A stretch of 64,000 bases of DNA, taken from NCBI GenBank assembly GCA_973895155.1, contig OZ316899.1, positions 6,885,241 through 6,949,240 on the forward strand. The letters run 5' to 3'. Under the pieces are notes generated by a model, which saw only the letters and a program-made list of their open reading frames with translations, was not told where the DNA came from and made no database searches. This document shows, piece after piece, positions 1-12,107 of this stretch (the first letter of the stretch is position 1; every line of letters begins with the position of its first letter). The translations under genes and the position numbers were made by a program. The stretch is from Marsupella aquatica. Taxonomy: Eukaryota; Plantae; Marchantiophyta.

Positions 1-905
1 GCCTTGCCTCCCCAATGCAAGCTCCCTTGGGAGACTGAACGCGGTTTGGCTACTATTTTGGCAGGATTTGGCAAGTGGGCAAGATAACACCCGCAAACCT
101 CAGGAACCCATGGTTCTCCAAGACCCAGCTATGCTCAGGAGGATGTATCCCTCCTTGAGAGCTTTCCAACGCACCCAAGAAGTCCTCCAACAGACTTCGC
201 GTCGGGAAGATATTGTCGTTTTTGTTTGGCGCTTTCCCTTAGTGTTGTGATCACCGCGGCTCACAACTTTGGCTCGCCTTTGGCCCCTAGGGAGACACCA
301 CTCCCCTCATATATGATTCTGGAGACCTTTCACCCCCAAACCAGCTTTGGTCCCTAAACATTTGGCCTCCAACCCGGATCCGATCGCGCATACTAGGCGC
401 TCCACCAACTGGCAACGCCCATAATTTTCTCGTTAGGCGTCCGCAAGCGGAGTGCCTTACCTTGTTGTGATCAGGTCGACCCAGTGCTCATGCCTAGGCC
501 CTCAGGTCTCATTGCCGCTTGGGGTCCCCCATTGGCCAAACCCGGATCGGGCCATAACTCACGCCCCAAGCGTCTGTTGCCCATGGTGTAAACTCCATTG
601 GCCTTGGGCCCAAGAGGAGCTCACACTCAAGCCCTCAAAACTCAAAGTGTGTTTGGGGGCCCGGATGGTCAACCTTGAGTCCGGCCCGTTTCCCCTTGAC
701 CCAACCAGCTCTCAGCTTGCCTAAGTCCTTAGTGTGTGTCACCAGCTTGGCTCGTTGCCTTTGCTAGTGCCACGTCTCATTGCCCACTAGTCTCCCCATG
801 CTAAGTCCTCCTCGGATGGCCTATCCGGGCCTGGACCATAAGGGAGCTTGGTGTTGGAGTCAGCGACGCCGGAGCTAAGTGTTAATGTAGTCGTGTTCTA
901 CGACT
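1..905 (-). repeat. Gypsy LTR sequence, inverted relative to the related LTR at 2852-3585 + 8551-~9100
   Basis: The reverse complement of 1-178 matches 8551-8729, and that of ~180-905 matches 2855-3585. It runs off the window start. Confidence 0.8.
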
Positions 906-1099
906 ATTATTCCGTAGGGACCATCATTGTGTCAATGGGATCACGATGCTCAAATCCAAGTGGCCAAAGGTTCTGGCCAAGGCGTATGGGATGACAGGTT
1001 AGCTAAGGAATGGCAAAGCAATGGGGGTAGCCAAGGCAAGGTAAGGCACGTTTCATTGGGGTTGGATACCGCACATAATGTCTAGTTATGGCAATACAA

Positions 1100-2415
1100 G
1101 CAGATGCGTATGTACACCCTAGAGTCTCTAAGATAAGAGGTCCTGAAAAAGTAACATGACTTGCCCTAGGGAGGGCATGTCGGTATAATTGCTCGGACAT
1201 GAAGCAATCGGTTCTTTGCCATTGCAAAGTTGTTACTCGTGCAAAAAGAACCAAACGGTCTATAGGGCAAAGGAGGACTTCTGCAACCCTTACCAATAGC
1301 TATGGTCCCATGGGAGTCCATCTCCATGGACTTCATTGTTGCATTACCTGAGTCCCACGGCAGTAACTCCATCTTAACAATCGTAATTCATTTTTCTAAG
1401 ATGGCGTATTTCTTGCTGACTACAAAAATGGTTTCGGCCCAAGAGGTTGCCAATCTAGTGTTTGACAATGTCTTCCAACAATGGGGATTGCCATTGCATA
1501 TCCTGTCTGACCGCGATACCAAGTTCACGGGCCATTTCTGGAAGGCGTTGTTATGGTTATTCAGAACAGACCTTACTGGAGGATCAACGTATCATCACAA
1601 GACAGATGGCCAAATAGAATGGGTGAATGGTATCGTGGAGGACTACTTGCATCACTTTGTGATGGCGAATTAAAAGGATTGGGCAAAGCACTTAACAAGG
1701 CCAAGTTTAGGTATAACTTGACCAAGCGTTTGGCAATGGGGTTGGCGCCGTTTGTGTTGGCCATAGGGAGGACGCCAAGGGCGCCCTCCTAGTTCATAAA
1801 TCTGGAAGCTTGGCGGACAGAAAGCAAGGTTCCTTCTACGGATGATTTTATTTGAGAGTGGCGCCTAGTTGTGGAAGCGAGTACCAAGGGCATGACCCTT
1901 GCCCAAAGTTGGTACAACGAGCAAGGGGATAAACATTGACGCCAAGTAAGCTTTGAAATTGGGGAGAGCATCTGGTTGCAGTTGAGACCTGAACAATACC
2001 ATGGGAACATAAGTAGGAAGCTGGCTCCCAGATATGCAGGGCCCTATCGCATCATACGATGGGCCCACAAGGAGAATCCGGTTTTGGTGGTGTTGGAGAC
2101 ACCGAAGGAAATGGGCGTAGGCAAAAGCTACCATGTTAGCCGACTCAAGAAATTTGTCAAAGACAATGATGCCAACCGGGATTAGGTCTTGTGTCCGGAC
2201 GCCATGCTGGTGGAGGACGCTGAGGAGTTTGAGGTGGAGGCAATTTTGGACCACCATTAGAAACGCAAGTTGGGGAGGAAAATCTTAGTCAGAGTATTTG
2301 GTGAAGTGAGCTGGCTATGATCAGGCCAGGAGTACTTGGGAACCAAAAGAAAATTTGGGTAATGCCTCAGAGATCCTTGGAAGCTATTGTAAGCAAAGCG
2401 GCCTACCGTCATTAT
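1100..2415 (+). pseudogene. Chromoviral Ty3/Gypsy pol 3' end: integrase + chromodomain (degenerate)
   Basis: Integrase core PWESISMDFIVALP...SDRDTKFTGHFW...HHKTDGQIE (1302-1673); KLAPRYAGPY GPY/F motif (1976-2185); chromodomain EEFEVEAILDH...EYLVK*AGY...STWEPKENL (~2220-2400). Contains stops and frameshifts. Confidence 0.9.
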
Positions 2416-2851
2416 GAACTGGTACAGGGAGCCGTAGCTACCTTTGTGAGTTGTATCCTAGTTTAACTCCTCTCGGCCTCTCAAGGATAAAGTTGGATTG
2501 GGGGGGCGCTGGAGGCTGTTGGGCGGCCAAGTTGCTTTTTGCAAGTGGAAGTTGATGGTGTCTGCCTCACATCTGTGGGCAGGCTGGTTCAAACCAAAGG
2601 GGAGTACCCCAAGGGGAGAACAAAGGGTCCAACGAGTTTGGAGTTAGCTTACCTGCTTGGAATGGTATCCTACTTGGATAAGTGGGATAGGTTGGAATTT
2701 GCTAAGTCTGGAATGCTCATACCAACTTGGTTTGCATCAGCCTTATGGGCAAACCATTTGTTATCTCATAATATTTTTAAGACCTAAAGTGGTCTAGACG
2801 AGCTGGAACGTTTACTTAGGTCATGCGGAGGTGACCATTTTTAAGGGGGGG

Positions 2852-3585
2852 TGCAAGTCGCGGAACTTGACTACCTTAACACTTAGCTCCGGCATTGCTG
2901 ATTCTGACGCCAAGCTCCCTTATGGTCCAGGCCCTGATAGGCCATCCGGGAAGGACTTAGCATGGGGAGACTTGTGGGCAATGAGACGTGGCATGGGAAA
3001 AGGCAAGGCGCCAAGCTGGTGACACACACTAAGGACTTAGACTAGCTGAGAGCTGGTCGGGTCAAGGGGAAAAGGGCTGGGCTCAAGGTTGACCGTTTGG
3101 AGCCTCGGATGGACTTAGAGTTCTGAGGGCTTGAGTTAGAGCTCCTCTTGAGCCAGGCCAATGGAGTTGATGCCATGGGCAACGGACGCTTGGGGCGCAA
3201 GTTATGGCCCGGTCGGGGTTTGGCCGATCAGGAGGCCCAAGTGACAATGAGATCTGAGGGACTAGGCATGAGCATTGGGTTGGCCCAATCACAATGGGCT
3301 AAGGCACTCCGCTTGCGGACACCTAACTATGAAGTTATGGGCGTTGCCAATTGGTGGCGCGCCCAGACGTGCGGGATAGGATCCGGTTTGGGGACCAAAA
3401 AGTTTAGGACCAAAGTTGGTTCAGGGATGGCAGGTCTCTAGAAGCATATATGAGGGGAGTGGTGTCTCCCTGGGGCCTAAGGGCGAGCCAAAGTTGTGAG
3501 CCGCGGCGGTCGCGACGCTGTGGGAAAACGTCAAACAGAAACGGCGATATCTTCCCAATGGAAAGTCCGTTGGAGGACTTCTTGG
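2852..3585 (+). repeat. 3' LTR of the chromoviral Gypsy element, first part (split by a Copia insertion)
   Basis: Follows the polypurine tract AAGGGGGGG (2843-2851) and starts with TG. Homology to 1-905 continues at 8551, after the Copia. Confidence 0.75.
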
Positions 3586-3878
3586 TGTTAGGAATTGACT
3601 CAAGTTCTCGACTTAGTTAGTTTGGCCTCACTAGGGTTAGTTAACCGTGAATTACATTAGGATAAGATCCACTTAGTTTAGGCCCACTCATCTTGGCCCC
3701 CTTGGGGGGTATAGGTTGGAGGGAGAGCACTCTCTCCCTCATTCTTCACATGTACTCTCATTTGCTATGGAGCCTTTAGAAGTTTCTCCACTTGGGGTGT
3801 CTTGTCGGTGTAGCGTCTGATTGAGTCTCTCTCCTGTTTTTGCATTGCTATCTAGTCTAGAGCCGTCGGTCTCTTACA
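3586..3878 (+). repeat. 5' LTR of Copia element
   Basis: TG...CA ends, direct repeat of 8260-8550, followed by the PBS. Confidence 0.95.
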
Positions 3879-3880
3879 AG

Positions 3881-3892
3881 TGGTATCAGAGC
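3881..3892 (+). promoter_or_regulatory. Primer-binding site (tRNA-iMet)
   Basis: TGGTATCAGAGC, 2 nt after the LTR end. Confidence 0.9.
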
Positions 3893-5263
3893 TTTGTGTT
3901 TGAGGTTCGGCGGCCTGGACAGTGGTGAGATTGTTCGTGTGTTGGATCATGGTGGAAGATTGAATTGTCGTCAACAATTGCGTGCATGATCATTTCATTG
4001 GTTGTTTTGCATTGATTGTTTCATGTTTGGAAGTGGTGATGGTTTCCCGATTGAAACTTCACTGAAGTATTGGATGTGTCACAGTGCTTCTAAGGAAACT
4101 GTTGGGAGGACAGTCTGGCAATTTATCGTGCGCATCGACGGGCACTACGTCGCGGTGGAAGTTTCCCAACGTTTCATCTGGCAAGTGTGGAGCAATCTTA
4201 TCTTATGTATTGCTCGATTAAGTGCTTGGAACTCTCGACTATGGCTCTTAGTGGTTAGATGAATCACTTGTGGGGTTGTCAGGGGTGCTTTTTCTTCGTA
4301 AAAATGGCGTGTCTTGTGGGGCCGTTGTTGCAATTTTCTACTTGTTTGTATACTCATTGTGGTTGCCGCACGCAACCTTATACGGCGCGTTGGACGGTAT
4401 TCCTTGGCGCGTACAAGGCTCCCTTCCCATGGAAGCTCTTGGCACAAGGCCCAAGAGCTTTGAAGAGGAGGAGAGGGGCAGCGAGGCACTCCCTTCTCTT
4501 GGGAGCATTTAACTTGGGCACAAGGCCCTAAGTACTTAAGGCAGGAGTGGGGGGGAGGAGAAATTAATTCCCTCCTTTTGGGAGCTTTTAAGAAGGGCTC
4601 TAAGCCCTATGATGAGCCAAGAGGGCTCGGAAGCACTTTAAGGAGGAGCTTAGGGGGTGCGAGGCCCTATGCTTTGGGCGACAGGTGGCGCAAGGGGGAC
4701 AAATGTGCGAACAATAATTTGTTTTTGTGGAAGTCTGTGGGGCAAGTACCTTCGGTGACTTTTACATAGGAAACACCTTTTTTTCACGCATTGGGGTTTC
4801 TTTTGAGCCAGACATGTATCAAATTTTGGTGCCTTTTGCTGTAGAATTTGATTGTACTTTGATGCCCTGGAAAAGATACTCTTCCAGAGAGCTATTTTTT
4901 GGCTGAAATTTTGGAATTTGGTAGTCGTCAAGGAAGAATTTTTCCGTGACACTTTGCAAGGGGATACTCAAGGGAGTTGAGCATGGGCTGTGAAATTGAT
5001 TTGCAGTTAACTATTGCGGAATTGTTTTGGGACCCAAGATACCCGACAGGGGTCAAAACGGTCATTTTGACCCCCTCTGGTTTGGGTTGAATAAGTTTTT
5101 GCTGAAAAAAAATTTGCCAAATCGTTTTCAGATGTAGGCAGTGTACCTTGCAGGCTACGCGGTAGTGTACTCCATTTCCCTTTTGCCAACTTTCATTTTT
5201 TGGTGAATTTTTGGGTGGAGGTATTTTGGTTGTGTTTTTCCTGTGTGTTTTGTGGCAGCATCA

Positions 5264-8192
5264 ATGACTTCAAGAAAGCTTGCGGTGCCAAAGTTTGAGG
5301 TGGAGAAGTTTGACGGGAAGGTCAGCTTCAGCCTCTGGACTCAAAAGGTGACCAACGTGTTGATCCAGCAGGGTCTTGAGAAGACCCTCACTGGAGTGAA
5401 ACCCTCAAATCTAACATATGAGGAGTGGGAGGATATGTCGGTGTAGGCATGTAGCACAATTGAGTTGTTCTTGGCAAACAACATTCTCAAGAACATGTTG
5501 GGGATGGATCGTAACGCCAAGAAGATCTGGGATATGCTTACTCACCTTTACCAGAGTACTTCATTGACTACTCACATTTATCACTTGGAGCGGCTGTTCA
5601 GGTTGAAGGTGAAGGATGGTGGCAACATGCGTGATCACCTCAGTTTCTTGGATGAGATTGTGCACAAGGTGGCCACGGCAGGAGACAAGTTGACCAATGA
5701 GTATCTTGCGATGCATTTGTTGATGTCGCTTCCTCAGACCTATTTGACATTGGTGACGGTCATCACACATGACAAGTCTATGTTGAAGTTGGATGAGGTG
5801 AAGGCTACCATTCTTGCACAATGGGGCAAGCAACAACTTTTTGGCCGTGACAATGAGTCTGCTGCCTTAGTGGTTAGAGGCAGATAAATGAAGCGTACTA
5901 CGGATCAGTCTAGATCTAAATCACACAATAGATCTAAATCTAAGTCCCATAGTAAGAAAGTTCAGTGTTGGCATTGCCATGAGAAGGGGAACACCAAGTG
6001 GAATTGTCCTTTTTTGTCAAAGCAAAAGCGTCTTGCTTCCAATGGTGCGTCCTCATCGTCAGTTGGTATTGTGATTGCTGATAATGAGGATGCTGCTAAA
6101 GTGCTATGTATTGGTGCTGTGAATTCTGTGTATGACAATAAATGGATGTTGGATTTGGGTACCTCTTATCACGTGTGTCCAACGCAATTGTATTTCTCCA
6201 CTTACCAACCTTGTACCGATACTGTGGAAATTGGAAATGGTGTCCGATGTGCGATTGTTGGCATGAGGACTATCAAATTCCGGATGTTTGATGGTGTTGT
6301 GCGAGCACTGATGGGAGTCAGGCACATACCAGACATCTCTAAGAACTTGATTCTCTTGGTGCTTTGGAAGCTGATGGATCTCATTTCACTGCACGTGATG
6401 GTGCGCTCTTTGTTGTCAAAGATGATGTATCTTTGATTAAGGCGCTACAGCAGAATAATTTGTACATCTTGGAAGGAGATGTCATTGCTCCTAAAGTGGA
6501 GCATGTGGATTCTGTGGTGGAATGTTTGGATGCAGCAGCATCTGTCACAAAATCATCTTTGGTTGCTTCAATCGAAGCACCCTCAACATCTGGTCGCACA
6601 CAAGCCATAGATTTGTGGCATGCACAGTTGGGGCACTTGAGTGGTAAAGGATTGGCAACCTTGGCAAACAGAGATTTGCTGCAAGGCGCTCAATCTGGCA
6701 AACTCTCTTTTTGTGAAGATTGCATCTTTGGCAAGCAGAAGGGAGTGAGTTTCAACTCTAGTTCATACCATTCTCATGAGATTCTTGAGTATGTACATTT
6801 GGATGTTTGGGGTCCAACGTCAGAACCGTCATTGGGTGGAGCAAAATATTTTGTGACATTTGTAGATGATTACTCTTGAATGTGTTGGTTGTATTACACG
6901 AAGGAGACGTCTCAAGTATTTGAGATCTTCAAGGAGTGGAAAGCCATGGTGGAGCTACAAACTGGGAAGGAGTTGAAGTGTGTTTGGTCAGATAACGGTG
7001 GTGAGTATAAGTCCAATGAGTTTGACCAATTTGGTTGGGACCTTGGCCTCAAGCGTCATTACACTGTATTGGAGACCCCGCAGTAGAATGAAGTTACAGA
7101 ACGGTTGAATCGGACATTACTAGAAAAAACATGCAGCATGCTATGTAAGTCCAAGTTGCCCAACAACTTTGGGGCTGAAGCTGTTAACCAAGCTGCATAC
7201 GTCTACAATCTGTCACTGCACAGTAGTAAGTTGATGTAGACTCCATTTGAGTTGTGGTATAAGAGACCTGTTGATTACTCTAGACTCCGAGTTTTTGGTT
7301 GTGCTGTCTATGTTCACATTGAGCAGACACACAGGTCTAAGTTGGATCCCAAGTCTAAGAAATGTATTTTTCTAGGCTTTAGTCTTGGGTAGAAGGACTA
7401 TAAATTGTGGGATCCTGTCGATTGCAAGGCAGTTGTGAGCAGAAATGTTGTTTTTGATGAAGAATGGTTGTCAAGACCCCGAGGTATTTAGGAGGAACAG
7501 GTGGAGGAACCCACTACGGTGGAGCTTGGTGGTGATGAGGAAGCTGCTGGTTCCTCTGGTAGAGGTGTAGTTCCTCGACCAAGGTGCTCCACCAGGGCCA
7601 ATTTTGGCCAACCCCCAGATAGATTTGGTTTTATAGATCCTCGTTGTTGCGGTATCTGAAAGGTACCTTAGATTGTGGGATCTTATTTGACGGTAAAGCA
7701 GACTCTACATTAGAGTTGGAAGGTTTTGTAGATTCAGATTATGTTGGTAACTTGGACAACAGGAAGTCTATTATAGGCTATGTGTTTATGTTGGGTGGAG
7801 GTTGTATCAGTTGGAAGTCGGCAACCCAATCTTGTGTTGCATTGTCTACTACTGAGGCTGAGTACATGGTTGCTTGTGAGGCAACCAAGGAACTGATCTC
7901 GCTATGGAGATTGGTGAGTGATCTGGGTCTTTGACCTGAAAGACCGGTGTTGTTGTGTGACAGTCAAAGTGCTTTGCATCTGGCTAAGAACCCTGTGTTC
8001 CATGCCAGGACAAAGCACATTGATATTCGTTATCACTTCATCCGTGAGGTGATTGAGACAAAATAGATGTTTCTAGAGAAAGTGGCTTCAAAGGAGAATG
8101 CAATAGACATGCTTACCAAAGTTTTACCTACCAGTAGCTTTAGTCATTGTGTGGATATTATTAATGTTAGGGCCAAACCGAAGACTATGTAG
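5264..8192 (+). pseudogene. Copia gag-pol (gag, CCHC knuckle, protease, GAG-pre-integrase, integrase, RNase H; RT missing)
   Basis: KFEVEKFDGK (gag); CWHCHEKGNTKWNC; WMLDLGTSYH (protease); LWHAQLGH...CEDC; HLDVWGP, SDNGGEY (integrase); LRYLKGT...DSDYVG...SWKS...STTEAEY (RNase H). Multiple stops. Confidence 0.92.
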
Positions 8193-8259
8193 ATATGTTA
8201 CTGAGTCACATATTGTATATCACGTGACTCATTGTGTGAACTGGAGTCAAGGTGGAGAT

Positions 8260-8550
8260 TGTTAGGAATTGACTCGAGTTCCCAACTTAGTTAGTTTGGC
8301 CTTACTAGGGTTAGTGAACCTTGGATTACATTAGGATAAGATCCACTTAGTTTAGGCCCACTCATCTTGGCCCCCTTGGGGGGTATAGGTTGGAGGGAGA
8401 GCACTCTCTCCCTCATTCTTTACATGTACTCTCATTTGCTATGGAGCCTTCAGGAGTTTCTCCACTCGGGGTGTCTTGTCGGTGTAGTGTCTGATTGACT
8501 CTCTCATGTTTCCGCATTGCTGTCTAGTCTGGAGCTGACGGTCTCTTACA
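8260..8550 (+). repeat. 3' LTR of Copia element
   Basis: Direct repeat of 3586-3878, preceded by the PPT and followed by TSD CTTGG. Confidence 0.95.
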
Positions 8551-9102
8551 CTTGGGTGAGCTGGAAAGCTTTCAAGGAGAGCTACATCCACCTGAGATCA
8601 GCTGGGTCCGAGGGCGCCATAGGTTCTCGAGGTTTGCGGGTGTTATCTCGCTCGCTTGCCAAATCCTATCAAAAAAGCAGCCAAGCCGCATTTAGTCTCC
8701 CAAGGGAGCTTGCGTTGGGGAGGCAAGGCCAAGTAGCCGTGGAGTTTGAGTTCCAAGGGTGCTTGGCCCATAGACCATCAGTGGGGCAAGAACCCGGAGC
8801 TGGTTGCTAGAATCTGGGCCATTTTGGTCCCGACGTGTTGGGACAAGCTTTAGGATGAGCTACGCTATTTGGGCCATGAGCATGTCCTGGGGGCAGGGCG
8901 GTCAATTGGTGATGGATAGGTACAAGGGGGAACCCGGGCTACGCCCAAGGAAGGAGTTGTTTAGGATAAATAGTGGGCATCGATTCTGGTTCCGGCTTAT
9001 GGCATCGGGAGGACCTATCGCTGACCTACTTACCAATGTCTGTTGAGCTTGGATTAGGATGCTAGACTTGGGGAGTTCTAGATCCTAAAGGGTTACTTAC
9101 CA
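8551..9102 (+). repeat. 3' LTR of the chromoviral Gypsy element, second part (right end approximate)
   Basis: Continues the sequence interrupted at 3585; inverted match to 1-178. Confidence 0.6.
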
Positions 9103-9745
9103 AGACGCTTGGTTGCTTGTGCAGACAATGAGGGCCATTGAGTAGCGATCGCGTTGGAGAGCAAGTGCGGCTTTGTATGGGAGGGGCCACTAGTGGTGCA
9201 AGTGGCACTAGGTTGCTTGCTCAAGGTATTCCGTGGAGGCATTTGGGCACCATGGGCACTTAGGTGTGTGAGCTGGGATTGGTGAGGGCGCTGGGTGGCA
9301 AGGTCCATCACTTTTTTGCATCCAGATAATTCTTTGACCGTCGAGGGTTTGTTCATTAATCGTCTCATGGTTACTTTTAATTGTCCAATGTAATTTTGCA
9401 CTGGTTCACCTTTTTTTGTGTCATGTTTTGTAATATGTTGTATAGATCCAATTCTTCTTTTGCTCTTCTATAATGATCTAAAAATTCTTTAGCAAAGTTG
9501 GGCCATGTTTTAAAATGATCAGTAGGGAATTGCATGTACCATACAAACGCCTCCTTATCCAAAGAACTCGGAAACAACTCTAATCGTGCTGTATCATTCT
9601 GTTCATGATTAGCTTTGAGCATCTCTTCAAACTAGGCCAAGTGTGTGTCTGCATCTTTGTCTGGTGCTCCTTTAAACATAGGTATTTTAACTCGTTGTGT
9701 CACAGTTGGTACTATTCTTAGGTTACTTCCCCCAATTGTTTGACC
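9103..9745 (-). pseudogene. Ty3/Gypsy gag fragment
   Basis: VKIPMFKGAPDKDADTHL...LFPSSLDKEAFVWY...TWPNFAKEFLDHY...QNMTQKK resembles Retrotrans_gag; frameshifted. Confidence 0.75.
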
Positions 9746-10399
9746 GGGCATCACCACCGAGACAGGAAACAGGAAAACAGGAACTGTTACCAGTAAATAT
9801 ATGAAGTTCTCGGCCCATTTTTGATGGAAAGGTAAGACTTGATCGGGTTCCTTGCAACAACAAAATTCACATGCTGTCTCTGTAACTGAATTACTTGTCC
9901 ACCATATATGCGTAAACCATAGAGTGGGTCCCACCATACACAGGCTACTGAGGCGAGGCACACTCAAAAATACCAATCTTAAAAATATCATCGGAATTGG
10001 TAAGGTACTGTAATAGCGCTAGGCGCTAACAAAAAAACCAAGGGGTTTGAGATGAGACCAAATGGATTGAACGGTGTTCATAAATAAATAATTAAGTACA
10101 CTTCAATGAAGTGTGACCTGGAAGGGGTAGATTTATATCCCACGAGAATAACTCAAATATAGGAAAGTTCACAAACGGAGATTCCGTTCGCAAAGATAAG
10201 TACTGGAAAGCATTCGGACCATAATCAAACAAGATTCACTCAGAAAGGGACAAACTGAAGCTAGCGCCCGGCGCTAGCCATATGTTATAACAAAATATAT
10301 ACTGATAATGACTATCTGATTTGGTATCATTGAAAAGATGTGAAAAGTTCCAATGCGACAAATCAGTTTGGAGCCGTTGAACGTTACTAAATGTCTAGT

Positions 10400-11446
10400 C
10401 TATAAGTCCAGAGAATTCTGCCTAGCTAGAATGAGCCTCACCTCACCTACAGTCATAATTGGCTGACTAGCCAAAGTTGAATCCACCACATCTAGTTTTA
10501 GGACGTTGGTATACACCCAACAAAGATGCTTGCACGGCATGAAGCGCCTGCCATGAGAATGGCGACGATAGAAGTCCTCACAAGAACAACATGGGAAAAT
10601 GCAAATTTGTACCCAATAAGTGTTTGCCGTGCGAAGTCTCTCTTGGGTTTGGATCTGGAATTGTTTGCCCCAAGAGTTCCCGACAGAAACATCAAATTGT
10701 TGAACGAGGATCATCGACTCCTTGTTTGTGGATTCAATTCTTTTGTTGTGCCCTTGCAAAAGATTTGAACGTGGGATTGTATTTTTACCATTCCTGCTCC
10801 GAAGGCGGATATTTGGCTCAAGGAGATTGATTTTCTCCGGGAAAAGGTTCACAATGATTCGCAAGTCAAAAGGAGATGGAGCAGCCTGACGTTTGGCCTC
10901 TGGATTGATAGCAATCCCTTGCTGAGTCAGGAATTGGACCTCAGCCTCGGAAAGATTAGTTCCTTTCAAAACGGGCAGGCTATGAGGAAATGGGGGAAGA
11001 TTCACCACATTACGACGGGGCCGGCTCTTATAGCATGCACTATTGGGACAAAACCAAATCATCTTGGGGTGTGGTTCTCCCCTGAACACACGATATCCTT
11101 TGACAACAATGCCAACTACACCATCCGTTGACGGGTAACCAACCTTTTTAAGACGATTGCGACAGTCATCTCGATCCAATTTTCCACAAAGAGATCCATT
11201 ACATTGAGGCCCTGCACCATGTCTCGTCACTCTTCGTAGGTGCCACGCCCCTGGTCGCACATCTGTCTCCAACACAGCTGAGTCATGGACAACCTTTTGG
11301 AGGTTGGGAGGTGCACTATGCGGGGCTGCGGATGACCTTGTTGACCTCCTCCAGGGCAGAGTACTCCAATGACTGCCTTCTTCAATTTCACTTTCTGACA
11401 GGTCCACAACGCCAATGTCATGGTGTGATGCCAAGCCAGGAATCAC
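10400..11446 (-). pseudogene. Transposase C-terminal region (Cys-rich domain + SWIM zinc finger), copy A
   Basis: GAGPQCNG...C.NR.KKVG...IWFCPN..CYKS and CSCEDF...PCKH (SWIM CxCx(n)CxH); clear homologue of 36826-37699. Confidence 0.85.
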
Positions 11447-12107
11447 TGGGCTAGTTTAAAGGGAAAAGGGAAGTGTACCCTAGAAACACCTTAGTATAGT
11501 TACATAAATAAGGAAAATATAAACAATTAAGGGTGACTATGGAACCCAAGCCGAGGCCGGAAGTAAGGACGCCAGGGGAGAGAACACGATTAGGGTTAGG
11601 GCACGCTAAGTGCCGGCGGCTAGGGGTAACCAACGGGAGGGAGAACCAGAGGAGGAGAGGGGTAAGGACCGCTCGTGAGGAATAGTAGCTCATTTGCAAG
11701 CACGAACTGAGCAGGCGACTACGGGCGGCCAACTACTGTCAACTGCTTAGGCAAGCGCTCAGGGTGGGAACAGATACCGACTATCAACTCGAGAAGGGTA
11801 TGAGCAACGTCAATCAAGCGGCACATTTTTGGGGATGCCTGTTCGAACGGGAAACTGAGTACATTGGGACTTACGAGGACGCAGAATCGGAGAGAGCAGC
11901 TCGAGAATGGTAGGAGCTCGCCCGATTGTGGGAGCTGCAAAAAGCTGCCTTCTTAGGAGGAGAACTCATCAAGGCTGAATTCCTGTGGACGCCTACTGGC
12001 AATGAGCTAGACGACCTGTTGTTTTGCGAAGACAGAGTCGTCGGCATCCGAGAAGCCATCAAACGCTGCAACGACATACACTGGGAGTTGAAGGGTAGCA
12101 CGGAGGG

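Larger units (their letters stand above)
3586..8550 (+). mobile_element. Ty1/Copia LTR retrotransposon, both LTRs and TSD present, RT deleted
   Basis: LTRs 3586-3878 and 8260-8550 (TGTTAGG...CTTACA); 5-bp TSD CTTGG at 3581-3585 and 8551-8555; PBS TGGTATCAGAGC at 3881-3892; PPT AAGGTGGAGAT at 8249-8259. Confidence 0.95.

Noticed and set aside
1-3585. DIRS-like or TIR element defined by the long inverted repeats
   Set aside because: The interior is a DDE integrase + chromodomain with a PPT before the right arm and no tyrosine recombinase; the arms are diverged LTR copies.
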